The position numbers and the translations under genes are program-made. The notes under the pieces were generated by a model. The model did not search any database. It saw only the letters and a list, made by a program, of their open reading frames with translations, and was not told where the DNA came from. Of a stretch of 64,000 bases of DNA, positions 1 to 9,467 are shown piece after piece. Each line of letters begins with the position of its first letter. Position 1 is the first letter of the stretch. This DNA comes from an uncultured archaeon (GTDB taxonomy: Archaea; Thermoproteota; Nitrososphaeria_A; Caldarchaeales; Wolframiiraptoraceae). The DNA is taken from positions 1 to 64,000 of the forward strand of contig CALKCF010000004.1 of assembly GCA_938083505.1 (NCBI GenBank), in the 5' to 3' direction.

Positions 1-647
1 AGGAAAGCAAGGTCTGGACCTGCACCGAGCCACTCAGGCTTTATTGCTAGGTTCTTAGCACCAGTTCTGTAGCATGCCCTTCCTTCGAACTTCTTGGATG
101 CAGCATCACCCATACCGCCAGCTAGCCATCTGGCAGGTGCCTCTGCAATTATCTTGGAGTCTACCAATACAAGGGCTGGGTTAAAGTTGAAGAACAATAC
201 CTCTTTGAAAATATGCTCTGGCGTATATACGACGGATAGTGCGCTAGTAGGAGCATCCGTAGCTGCTATTGTTGGTATTATCACAGTCTCGCCGCCAAGC
301 CTGTCGGCAACTATCTTACCAGTATCTAAAGCCTTACCTCCACCTACCGCTACCACACCATCGCATCCGTTCTCTCTACCTATCTTCGTTAACCTTTCAA
401 TCTCGGGTTCGCAACATTCCGGTCCATATGGAACCCCTTCTCCAAAGACTACCTCGACAAACTTTACGCCCTCTTTCTCAAGTCCAGCTTGCAAACCAGT
501 CTTCCTACAGGATTCGAGTGCTCTCTTCCCGCCCATTATCAACGGCTTCTTTACGTATAGTTTTATTAGCTTACCAGCGATATTCATAACACCAGGTCCC
601 ATTACGAACCTCCTTGGGAATATCATCATCTTTATGCCTGGCAACAT
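1..647 (-). CDS. gldA: Glycerol dehydrogenase (Fe-ADH superfamily), 3' end runs off the window
   Basis: Not in the ORF track. Translated by hand from ATG at 647: MLPGIKMMIFPRRFVMGPG...VAVGGGKALDTGK...PTIAATDAPTSALSVVYT...NPALVLVDSKIIAEAPARWLAGGMGDA, which are GldA motifs. Confidence 0.85.
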   Translation of the reverse strand, partial: MLPGIKMMIFPRRFVMGPGVMNIAGKLIKLYVKKPLIMGGKRALESCRKTGLQAGLEKEGVKFVEVVFGEGVPYGPECCEPEIERLTKIGRENGCDGVVAVGGGKALDTGKIVADRLGGETVIIPTIAATDAPTSALSVVYTPEHIFKEVLFFNFNPALVLVDSKIIAEAPARWLAGGMGDAASKKFEGRACYRTGAKNLAIKPEWLGAGPDLAF

Positions 648-742
648 TTTTACATCACAAAGGTTATGGTTAGGGTCAATTAGGTTAATAAGATTTTCGA
701 ACATGAAAATCCTAATATTGCACGGAAAATATTTTTTTATCA

Positions 743-2119
743 ATGAACCAAGGAATTATTCAAACACTTAAAAAAATAGTCGGTGAGGCTAATGTTTTTG
801 AACAATTAGAAGACGTGCTTCCCTATACGCTGGATGCTTCAATAATTTATAGAGGGGTGCCAGTGTGTGTTGTCAGACCTCATTCAACAGAAGAAGTTTC
901 AGAAATAGTAAAGTTTGCTAATGAGCATAAAATACCTATAATACCTAGGGGTGCAGGAACGAACTTCGTAGGAGCAGTTGTTCCTTCGAGTGGCGGTATA
1001 GTCGTAGACCTTACTGGTATGAATAGGATAATTGAAATTAACCCAGCAGATCTGACATGTACCGTTGAGGCAGGCGTGGTGCATGCCAAGCTAGAGAGTG
1101 AACTCGCAAAATACGGTCTTTACTGGCCACCCGATCCGGGCAGCAGTGATGCTTGCACGATGGGCGGCGTCATCGCGATGAATGCTGGCGGCATGAGGGC
1201 ATTAAAGTATGGTACAACCCGGGACTGGGTACTTGGCCTTAAGGTTGTATTACCCAATGGTAGGGTTATAAAGACTGGAAGTAAGACGTTAAAAGGTAAT
1301 GCTGGTTATGACCTCACGAGGTTATTCATTGGTTCCGAAGGAACACTCGGAATAATAACCGAGGCCACGCTTAAGCTTAGACCTATTCCTGAGGCTGAAA
1401 ACAGAATATCCGCCTACTTTGATAGCATAGAAAAAGCAGGAGCGGCTGTATCAAAAATATATATGGCGGGCATAGTTCCGGCTGCCATGGAGCTTATGGA
1501 TAGAAGCATAATAACTGCTGTTAGTAAATGGCTCGCTAAAAAATTCCCCGACGTGGATGCATATTTAATCGTTAGCGTTGACGGCTCGCGAGATGAGGTA
1601 GAGGTATTATCGAACAAAGTAGAACGCGTTCTGAAAGAATCTGGTGCCTCACAAGTGCTAAGGGCAACCACACAGGAAGAATTCAACGAGATATGGTTGA
1701 TTAGGAGCGAAGGTGCTACAGCATTGCCAAACGTAACCGGTAAGATGAACGTCACCCATGACGTATGCGTACCCATAAGCAAGCTACCTGAGGTATTTAA
1801 GGAGATCAGAAACATTTGCAATAAGTATGGTATACCCGTGGCTATAGAATCACATGCAGGTGACGGTAATGTGCACGCTATCTTTTCCGTGAATCTAGAA
1901 GATCCAGAAGAATGTGCAAGGGCAAAGAAGGCTCATGATGAAATGTGTAGATATATAATCAAAATCGGCGGAACGATATCAGGCGAACATGGTATAGGTA
2001 TAGACAAGGCGGAGTTACTAGTGGAAGAAATTGGACCCATTTCGATGGAGCTCATGAGGGCTATAAAGAGAGTTTTTGATCCAAACAATATAATGAACCC
2101 AGGTAAGATGGGTGTGTGA
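743..2119 (+). CDS. FAD-linked oxidase, GlcD/D-lactate/D-2-hydroxyacid dehydrogenase family
   Basis: PRGAGT, PPDPGS, GSEGTLGIIT, HAGDGNVH, SGEHGIG and C-terminal NPGK motifs. Confidence 0.9.
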   Translation: MNQGIIQTLKKIVGEANVFEQLEDVLPYTLDASIIYRGVPVCVVRPHSTEEVSEIVKFANEHKIPIIPRGAGTNFVGAVVPSSGGIVVDLTGMNRIIEINPADLTCTVEAGVVHAKLESELAKYGLYWPPDPGSSDACTMGGVIAMNAGGMRALKYGTTRDWVLGLKVVLPNGRVIKTGSKTLKGNAGYDLTRLFIGSEGTLGIITEATLKLRPIPEAENRISAYFDSIEKAGAAVSKIYMAGIVPAAMELMDRSIITAVSKWLAKKFPDVDAYLIVSVDGSRDEVEVLSNKVERVLKESGASQVLRATTQEEFNEIWLIRSEGATALPNVTGKMNVTHDVCVPISKLPEVFKEIRNICNKYGIPVAIESHAGDGNVHAIFSVNLEDPEECARAKKAHDEMCRYIIKIGGTISGEHGIGIDKAELLVEEIGPISMELMRAIKRVFDPNNIMNPGKMGV

Positions 2120-2125
2120 AAAATA

Positions 2126-3400
2126 ATGGGTAAAAGCCTTAATGATTTAGCGAAAAAATTGCAATTCTGTGAACATTGTGGTTTCTGCCGTTCTGTCTGT
2201 CCGTTTTTGGAAGCTTCAAATATGGAAGAATCCGTCGGTCCGAGGGGTAGGAAGACGCTCTTCTTATCGTTATTTGAAGGCAAGGTCCAACCAACACCAA
2301 GGCTTGCTCAGAAATTCTATATGTGCGGTGTTTGCAGGGCGTGCGCGGTAAAATGTCCGCAAAGTATTGACATAGCAGAGGTATCAGTTCATGCCAGGCA
2401 CATTATCATAAAGGCAAACGCACTTAATCCATTCATGAGGAAGGTTGCAAACAGTTTAGTTAAAGGAGTTGAGGATGGTGACATATTTGGCGCGGCTGCT
2501 ACAAAAGCAAAATGGGCAAAAAACATTACAATACCCAACGATTCAGGCACGGTTTTTTTCGCTAGTTGTATGGATACGTCGATGGCTTATGGTGAGCTTT
2601 TAGTTGACACTCTTGAGAATTTTGGTTGGGCCGAAAATACCTTAATGTTTTTGAGCGAACTTGTTCAAAAACTTAACATCATTAAATTCCTCGATACGTT
2701 TCTTAAAAGAAAAAATGAGTTTTATAGGAAAAGCTTAGTTAATACAATAAATCTATTGAATAAACTAAACATAAGACCCTCATACTTAGGAAATGACGAA
2801 CCGTGTTGTGGTGCAGCCCTCCACACCTATGGTTTACTTGATGAATTTACTGAACATGCAAAAAAAGTCTACAAAATATTTAAAGAAAAAGGTATTAGAA
2901 GATTAATAGTCCACAATCCGATATGCGGTGGTATTTTCAAAACTGAATACCCATCGTATGTTGACGGTTGGGATGTTGAAGTCAAACACGTGATAGAGGT
3001 TGTTGCCGAAGCTATAGAAAATAATGGTATAGAACTTCAGTATCCTGAACCTATTAAGGTTGTATTTCACGACCCTTGTTACCTTGCGAGATTCATGGGT
3101 GTGGTAGATGAACCAAGGATTGTATTAAAGACAATAGAAAATTTGGAACTTATAGAACCCCCACATAACAAACGTGAGACAAAATGTTGCGGTGGAGGTG
3201 GTGTGGAGTTGATTTACAGGGATGTTGCAATAAGTGCGGCAATAAACCGTGTATCAGAACTTAATACCGGAAATCCAGATATAATATCTTCATGTTGTCC
3301 CGTTTGTGCTCTTATGATAAAGAAAGGAATAAAGAACCTTAAACTCAAGGTTAAATATGTAGATCTCATAGACCTTGTAAACAATTCATTAAATCCATAG
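2126..3400 (+). CDS. Fe-S oxidoreductase, GlcF/HdrD-like (two 4Fe-4S motifs plus CCG domains)
   Basis: CEHCGFCRSVCP, CGVCRACAVKCP, CCG motifs, HDPCYLAR; 6 nt downstream of the GlcD-like gene. Confidence 0.88.
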   Translation: MGKSLNDLAKKLQFCEHCGFCRSVCPFLEASNMEESVGPRGRKTLFLSLFEGKVQPTPRLAQKFYMCGVCRACAVKCPQSIDIAEVSVHARHIIIKANALNPFMRKVANSLVKGVEDGDIFGAAATKAKWAKNITIPNDSGTVFFASCMDTSMAYGELLVDTLENFGWAENTLMFLSELVQKLNIIKFLDTFLKRKNEFYRKSLVNTINLLNKLNIRPSYLGNDEPCCGAALHTYGLLDEFTEHAKKVYKIFKEKGIRRLIVHNPICGGIFKTEYPSYVDGWDVEVKHVIEVVAEAIENNGIELQYPEPIKVVFHDPCYLARFMGVVDEPRIVLKTIENLELIEPPHNKRETKCCGGGGVELIYRDVAISAAINRVSELNTGNPDIISSCCPVCALMIKKGIKNLKLKVKYVDLIDLVNNSLNP

Positions 3401-3406
3401 CATAAT

Positions 3407-4411
3407 TTAAAAAAGCTTAAATTTTCTACCCAATCCTTTCTCCTTTGCTATTTTATAAACTATGTTAGCAACTACTACGTCTTCGCATCCGAGCCCTGTC
3501 AATACGCATAATATCTTCTCATCATCCGAGGTTCTACCTTTCTTTCTTTTTGTCAAAATCTCGCCTAATTCCGCGTAGATATCTCCATTCGATATTAGTC
3601 CTTTTGCAAACAAATCGGCCAACGCACCTTCCGATTTCGTCTGCTCTCTGGTATCAACTATTATTTTATTAAACCACCTCATAAGTTTCTCTCCTAATTC
3701 GTTGTATGTACCAAGTGAGCATACCAAATTCGCCGTGTCAAGTAATGTTACTTCGTCTAAAACGGGTACGCGAGAGGAAGTCACTGTAACGACTAAGTCT
3801 GTACCCTCGACCGCCTCCTTAACACTTTTACATGGAATTATTTCCGCGTGAAACATTTGGTTGGCATTTCTGAGGAACGACTCCATAGCGTCCCCGTCTA
3901 TGTCAAATACTTTAACCTCGTCCAGCTTTATAACCTCGTTTATTGCCATTAGTTGAAATTTAGCCTCATACCCTGTTCCGATTATTGAAAGACTCTTTGA
4001 ACCCTTTTTAGCCAACTCCCTTACGGCTAAACCGGTGGCAGCTCCTGTCCTCATAGCAGTCAGCCAGTTTGCGGACATTATAGCTAATGGTACAAAACTT
4101 TCTGGATCGTTTAATATGACGATTCCAATAACGTTTGGTAGGCCTCTTTTGTGCCTGTTTTCCCAATTCGCGCCTATCCATTTTACACCACACGTGTCTA
4201 TGTATTTAACGTAAGCTGGCATAGCGTCCGCATCGCATTGATGTTCGCTAATTACTCGCATGTCTAAGAAGACCTTAGACGGAGAAAGTACTTGCCCGTT
4301 TGCGCGAGCTTTTAATACCTCTTCGACAAGATTCATGCATTGCGACATTGTTAAACCAGTTGAAATAACATCTTCTTCAGAAAGTAGTAGTACCTCAACC
4401 TCGTTGTACAA
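3407..4411 (-). CDS. Ornithine cyclodeaminase/mu-crystallin family (alanine dehydrogenase/imine reductase-like)
   Basis: AMPAY, GVKW, LTAMRTGAA, IIGTGYEA, TGLGCED. Confidence 0.88.
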   Translation of the reverse strand: MYNEVEVLLLSEEDVISTGLTMSQCMNLVEEVLKARANGQVLSPSKVFLDMRVISEHQCDADAMPAYVKYIDTCGVKWIGANWENRHKRGLPNVIGIVILNDPESFVPLAIMSANWLTAMRTGAATGLAVRELAKKGSKSLSIIGTGYEAKFQLMAINEVIKLDEVKVFDIDGDAMESFLRNANQMFHAEIIPCKSVKEAVEGTDLVVTVTSSRVPVLDEVTLLDTANLVCSLGTYNELGEKLMRWFNKIIVDTREQTKSEGALADLFAKGLISNGDIYAELGEILTKRKKGRTSDDEKILCVLTGLGCEDVVVANIVYKIAKEKGLGRKFKLF

Positions 4412-4490
4412 TGAATCTCACCATTTTGGTTTTGACACCAACTATGTAGTTGCTAAAATATTAATTATTAGTTAATTTTTACAAAAATAT

Positions 4491-5513
4491 CTACCTTATT
4501 TTTCCGTATTTCTCAACTAGCTTTACAAAATTTCTTAACTTTTCAGTTTGGGTCGCTATCCATAAATCGCAACCTGGTGAAACAAAATCCACCCCCTCAT
4601 TAATGACCTCGAGCACTCTTTCTTCCATTCTTCGATCATCTGCCAAATATATATCCCAAAACGGTGACAGATTGCCGGCGACTAGGATTTTTTTGTTTAG
4701 CTCGCTTAATGTTTTCATCACAAACTTTACCGGAGTCTTGTAGTCAAACACGATAGCTGAGGGGTTGCCACTGACTATTTTATCTAAAACTTGAACTATA
4801 TTTCCACATATATTTACAACGGTTGGTAATTTGGTCTCTTCGATTAATGCTTTATGGTATGATAAGACGAGCGAATCAAAAAAGCCTGGATTTAGAACAT
4901 CCGGTGAACCTTTCGGATCATGAAGTGTTATTATGTCAGCGCCCCATTCTTCGTAAAGATTAACCAGCTCACGGTGAAGTCTAAAGGTTTCCTCTAACAT
5001 ACCTTTGACCGCACCGGGAAACCTTCTCATCATCAGGTTTGTTGCTGACGGACCCAGCAGGTACGTTGCGACCGTAGTCATGGGTGGTGTGACGATCACG
5101 TTAATGGGTACCTTACCTCCGTACTCTTCCTTAAGCTTCTTGATAGCCTTTTGGATGACTGGCATCCTTCCCTTGTCTGCAAGAGAATGCGGTACTACTA
5201 TCTCGAAGTACTGTTCTTCAAGTAGGAAGCTTACAGGTGTAGGTGAACCATCAACACGATAGTTAAACTCTATACCTAACAGTTCTGCCTCAATTGATTG
5301 GTCAAAAGGAAGGCTTATATTATCTAGACCGCAATATCTATGAGCTGCGGACGCTATACTGGCCATTTTCTCCGGATCTTGATAAACATCGATCCAGCTT
5401 GCGTTACAGGTAGCTAAAAATTCCTTTGTTATAACGCTGGCGAAGTTTACACAAGGAATTCTATCTGGTGAGCCTCTCTTAAATGTTTCCATTACTCTAT
5501 CATACGATGACAT
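4491..5513 (-). CDS. MtaA/CmuA-like (URO-D fold) methyltransferase family protein
   Basis: LPFDQSIEAELLG, DPKGSPDVLNP, VNICG, AGNLSP and SPGCDL match the MtaA pattern. Confidence 0.8.
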   Translation of the reverse strand: MSSYDRVMETFKRGSPDRIPCVNFASVITKEFLATCNASWIDVYQDPEKMASIASAAHRYCGLDNISLPFDQSIEAELLGIEFNYRVDGSPTPVSFLLEEQYFEIVVPHSLADKGRMPVIQKAIKKLKEEYGGKVPINVIVTPPMTTVATYLLGPSATNLMMRRFPGAVKGMLEETFRLHRELVNLYEEWGADIITLHDPKGSPDVLNPGFFDSLVLSYHKALIEETKLPTVVNICGNIVQVLDKIVSGNPSAIVFDYKTPVKFVMKTLSELNKKILVAGNLSPFWDIYLADDRRMEERVLEVINEGVDFVSPGCDLWIATQTEKLRNFVKLVEKYGKIR

Positions 5514-5561
5514 ACATAAACTCCCTTAAAAAGAAGAAAAAATAAAAAATTAAGAATTATT

Positions 5562-6758
5562 TTACTCCTTCCACGGGTCTATTACGTGCTTTATACCGAC
5601 ACCTGCGAGGAGAGATCTAATACCATCAGTTATTTCTTCAGCTAATAGTCTACGTTTGTGAGTGATTATTTCATGATATGGTTTTTTGTCGAAAAGTCCC
5701 TTGTTGACTTGCTTGATAGCTTTGTCACATGTCGAGAGAGGATATGCCCAGCTTCCTACAAAGAAAAGCTCTCTAGCACAGATCTCGTGAGGGTCTATAG
5801 TGAATTTGCCAGCCGTGAATGCCGTGAACGCACCAACCTCGTCCAGCACACCCATGGGTCTTAGGATTTCGATAGCCTCCGGTATTACTACATCAGCGTT
5901 CTTCCCAGTACAATCAATTACAGCATCGACACCCCATCTATCGCCAAGTCTGGGTCTATCCATGCTTGTCGCAATCTCCTTGATGAACTTTATTCTCTCT
6001 TCTTGCGTAGTCTCTCTTACGTTAAGGACATAGTCAGCACCCAGCTTCTTAGACATCTCCAATCTGTGCTTATTGGGGTCAACTACAATCGCGATAGAGT
6101 TTGGAGCCGAGGTCTTAAGGGCAACAAGTGCGGCGTTTCCAATGGCGCCCGCACCATATATCACAAACAGGTCAGCATCGGGGTTGGCTTCCTTCTCGGA
6201 GATAGACAACAACGTCATTACTTTGTCAACAGCTCTTAGACCTACAATATAGGGTTCTACAACGACACCTTTTTCTGGTGTTATGTACTTCGCGAGTTTC
6301 CAAATGTGGGTTCCAGGTTCTATAACGACATAACGACTCCATGCACCGTGGAACGGGACTTCATCAAACCCGTAGAAGAATGCACCAAGACACCACTGCT
6401 GCCATCCGTACACAGTCTCCCAATCGCATACGTAACAGTAGTGGTCCACACCCCACCAGATTCTATCGCCCTCTTGCGGTATCTCGGTGTGGTAAAACAT
6501 TTTCTTGTCAGCCTCTTTGCCCTTCTTCTCTATTACGCCTACATATTCGTGTCCGAGGTATAACGGATATCCCACCTTGCCGGATATCCTATGTGGTCCA
6601 AAGCCTTTCTCGAAAACATGAGCATCCGTTCCGCAGATACCACTTAGTTCAACCCTGACAAGTATCTGGTCGTCCCTGAGCGTCGGCATAGTGTGTTCAA
6701 GAATCTCAACTTTGCCCGGCCATGTTCCAGCCATCTTAACTTTTTCTGGCATAAACAC
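5562..6758 (-). CDS. Zn-dependent alcohol/polyol dehydrogenase (MDR)
   Basis: GICGTDAH, LGHE, VEP and Rossmann motif GAGAIG. Confidence 0.88.
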   Translation of the reverse strand: MFMPEKVKMAGTWPGKVEILEHTMPTLRDDQILVRVELSGICGTDAHVFEKGFGPHRISGKVGYPLYLGHEYVGVIEKKGKEADKKMFYHTEIPQEGDRIWWGVDHYCYVCDWETVYGWQQWCLGAFFYGFDEVPFHGAWSRYVVIEPGTHIWKLAKYITPEKGVVVEPYIVGLRAVDKVMTLLSISEKEANPDADLFVIYGAGAIGNAALVALKTSAPNSIAIVVDPNKHRLEMSKKLGADYVLNVRETTQEERIKFIKEIATSMDRPRLGDRWGVDAVIDCTGKNADVVIPEAIEILRPMGVLDEVGAFTAFTAGKFTIDPHEICARELFFVGSWAYPLSTCDKAIKQVNKGLFDKKPYHEIITHKRRLLAEEITDGIRSLLAGVGIKHVIDPWKE

Positions 6759-6820
6759 TCACACAATCTATCAAAATACAGATAGTTGTATATTAACTTT
6801 TTTTACTTAATATAATACAC

Positions 6821-8065
6821 TTAGTATCGTAAACTTTCGAGTGCTACTTTTTTCAAAATGTCCCTATCAGGGATTACGGGACTTACTGATAGGAGTCGCT
6901 TATTCGAGAGTGCAGCATCAACTAAAGCATCTATGTCATTCTCACTTATACCTAACTCGTAAAGACCGTTTGGAAGTCCTAAGGTTTTAATGAGGTTTGA
7001 CATGGCCTCATGGGCACATGGGGTGGCACCCCTGCTCAGATAGTTTGCTATTATTGAACACTTTTCTGGATAAAATGGCTCTAAAACCCTTAGCATGCCC
7101 GGCCCAAAAACTCCTGCTGCAATACCATGCGGCAGTTTCATACCCTTTTCCATTACGATTGTGGAAAGGGATAGTGCGAGGGCATGAGCTAAGTGTACGC
7201 CAGCGTTACCAAAAGCAACACCAGCTATAAACGCAGCAAGATGCATATTTGATCTAGCCTCCATGTTAAGACCGTTTGCATAAGCTTTTGGAAGGTATTC
7301 TCCAATTAACATAATTGCCTTCTCGGCAAGGAAGTCAGTTATAGGCATGGAGCCTTGATAGGCTGGCCTAGTTAACGGTGACTGTGGTTTTTCTCTTGTA
7401 GTATAGGGTTTCGCCAAGTATGCCTCAATCGCATGCATAAGTGCATCCACACCTGTGCTAGCCGTCAGTTTTGGCGGCATAGATATGGTAAGAAGAGGAT
7501 CTAGGATTGCTATCTTGGGCATTAGGTATTCATGGGTTATACCAAATTTCGACTTTTTAGCCACGAAGGTTACCACGGCTGTTCCTGTTGTTTCGCTACC
7601 GGTTCCCGATGTTGTAGGTACTGCTACTAAGAATTTTATGGGACCTGGAATTTGCAGTCCTTTACCAATCGGTGCTGCAAAGTAGTCAGTAAACTCAGCA
7701 GGATATGTTATGTAAAGGTCGATTAGTTTAGCGGTGTCTATGGAGCTACCGCCACCGATAGCCACGAAGCTATCATACCCGCCTTTCTTAGCAAATTCTA
7801 TCCCTTCTTGTATTGAGGTGTCTGAGGGCTCAGGTTCAACACCATCCCAAACGTCAGCTTCGATACCGTTTTGCTTAAATGATGAAACTACGCGTTCAAC
7901 ATAATCTGTATTTTTGCTTATGTGATCATCTGTTACAATTAGGGCTTTCTTTAACTTTAACTTAGAGAAATCATAACCTAATTCGTAGAGTGCGCCAATG
8001 CCAAACTTTGCATAAGGCATGCGGAGCTCGAAAACAAGCTCCGTTATACTAAACTTATCCATCAC
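6821..8065 (-). CDS. Hydroxyacid-oxoacid transhydrogenase (HOT/ADHFE1-like Fe-ADH)
   Basis: GGGSSIDTAK, PTTSGTGSETTG, DALMHAIEAY, HOT-type insert PYTTREKPQSPLTRPAYQG, GNAGVHLAH, PHG. Confidence 0.82.
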   Translation of the reverse strand: MMDKFSITELVFELRMPYAKFGIGALYELGYDFSKLKLKKALIVTDDHISKNTDYVERVVSSFKQNGIEADVWDGVEPEPSDTSIQEGIEFAKKGGYDSFVAIGGGSSIDTAKLIDLYITYPAEFTDYFAAPIGKGLQIPGPIKFLVAVPTTSGTGSETTGTAVVTFVAKKSKFGITHEYLMPKIAILDPLLTISMPPKLTASTGVDALMHAIEAYLAKPYTTREKPQSPLTRPAYQGSMPITDFLAEKAIMLIGEYLPKAYANGLNMEARSNMHLAAFIAGVAFGNAGVHLAHALALSLSTIVMEKGMKLPHGIAAGVFGPGMLRVLEPFYPEKCSIIANYLSRGATPCAHEAMSNLIKTLGLPNGLYELGISENDIDALVDAALSNKRLLSVSPVIPDRDILKKVALESLRY

Positions 8066-8134
8066 AACTTTTCATACATAAATCTTCATTTTTAAGTTTT
8101 TATTGTGCATATAAGTTAGACATGAGGTGAGCAA

Positions 8135-9430
8135 ATGTTACTAAAGGTATACGCAGAGGTCTATGGTTGCGCCGCTAACCAAGCTGAAGGCGAAATCCTT
8201 CTCGGCCTAATAAAGGAGGCCGGCTTTAGCATAGTAAATGATCCTAATGAGGCTGACTTAAACATACTCGTTACCTGCGCGATAAAGAAACCAACCTCTG
8301 ACAGAATGCTCGAAAGGGCGAAAAAACTTCACGAAAGCGGAAAACCACTCGTAGTGGCAGGGTGCATGGTCACGGCTGAATGGGAAACGATAAGAAAGGT
8401 AGTGCCCTCTGCAATTTTTATTGCTCCACGAGATGTTTGCAAAGTTATTAAAATACTCAATGAACACATGAATTTAGAATGTAATTACACGCCCCAGAAT
8501 ATTTACAGTAAACTAGGTTTGCCTAGATATAGAAAAAACAGAATTATAGGAATAGTGCCCGTGTCCGAGGGTTGTAAATGGAGAAAATGCACTTTTTGTG
8601 TTGTCCCAATAGCAAGAGGGCCGTTCTTTAGTTATCCGATGAACGAAGTAATGAACGAAGTCCGAAGGATGCTTGAGAATGGTTGTCGAGAAATATGGCT
8701 GACGAGTCAAGATATGGGTAGCTACGGTCTTGACCTTGGGAGAAATATGTTGCCCGATCTAATAAATGAAGTGGCAGAACTGAAAGGTAATTTTTTCATT
8801 AGAGTAGGTATGATGAACCCAATATATTTGAATCCTATATTAGACGATTTAATCACATCATACTTAAACCCCAAAGTCTTCAAGTTTCTTCACCTACCGT
8901 TACAATCTGGTTCTGCTAAGGTTCTAAGGGACATGTGTAGGGGTTATACGCCCCAACTTTTCAAGAAAATAGTGGAAAAGTTTAGAAAATCGATTGCAGA
9001 ACTTACGTTGGCAACTGATATAATCGTTGGATATCCAACAGAGACCGAAGAAGATTTCGAGATGACCATAAAGATGCTCAACGAGATAAAGCCTGATGTA
9101 GTGAACATCTCCAAATTTTATCCTAGACCTGGAACACCCGCAAATAAGCTTTCAAGACTTCCTTCAAGACTTGTCGATGAAAGAAGCAAAGTTATGACAG
9201 AAATCTGCAAGGAGTTATCAACAAAATCTAATGAAAAGTGGGTGGGTTGGCACGGTATAGCCTTAGTCGATGAAGTAGGGAAATACGGTGAGATGGTATG
9301 TAGGAATGCATCTTATAAACCGATAGTGCTAGACACAAAGCGGGATTTGCTTGGTAAGTTCATTGAGGTTAGTGTTATCGATGCAGCTACATACTGCTTA
9401 TTCGGAAAGCTCGAGAAAGTTCTGGATTAG
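8135..9430 (+). CDS. mtaB: tRNA t6A37 methylthiotransferase (archaeal MtaB/CDKAL1 type), radical SAM plus TRAM
   Basis: UPF0004 N-terminus YGCAANQAE..TCAIK..VAGCM; CKWRKCTFC; RVGMMNP; HLPLQSGS; C-terminal TRAM domain. Confidence 0.88.
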   Translation: MLLKVYAEVYGCAANQAEGEILLGLIKEAGFSIVNDPNEADLNILVTCAIKKPTSDRMLERAKKLHESGKPLVVAGCMVTAEWETIRKVVPSAIFIAPRDVCKVIKILNEHMNLECNYTPQNIYSKLGLPRYRKNRIIGIVPVSEGCKWRKCTFCVVPIARGPFFSYPMNEVMNEVRRMLENGCREIWLTSQDMGSYGLDLGRNMLPDLINEVAELKGNFFIRVGMMNPIYLNPILDDLITSYLNPKVFKFLHLPLQSGSAKVLRDMCRGYTPQLFKKIVEKFRKSIAELTLATDIIVGYPTETEEDFEMTIKMLNEIKPDVVNISKFYPRPGTPANKLSRLPSRLVDERSKVMTEICKELSTKSNEKWVGWHGIALVDEVGKYGEMVCRNASYKPIVLDTKRDLLGKFIEVSVIDAATYCLFGKLEKVLD

Positions 9431-9467
9431 GTTTAATAACCTCAATCGTGATTATTATCCTTAGAGT

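Noticed and set aside
94-771. 225-aa plus-strand ORF in the track
   Set aside because: Antisense shadow of gldA on the minus strand; Ser/Pro-rich with no motifs
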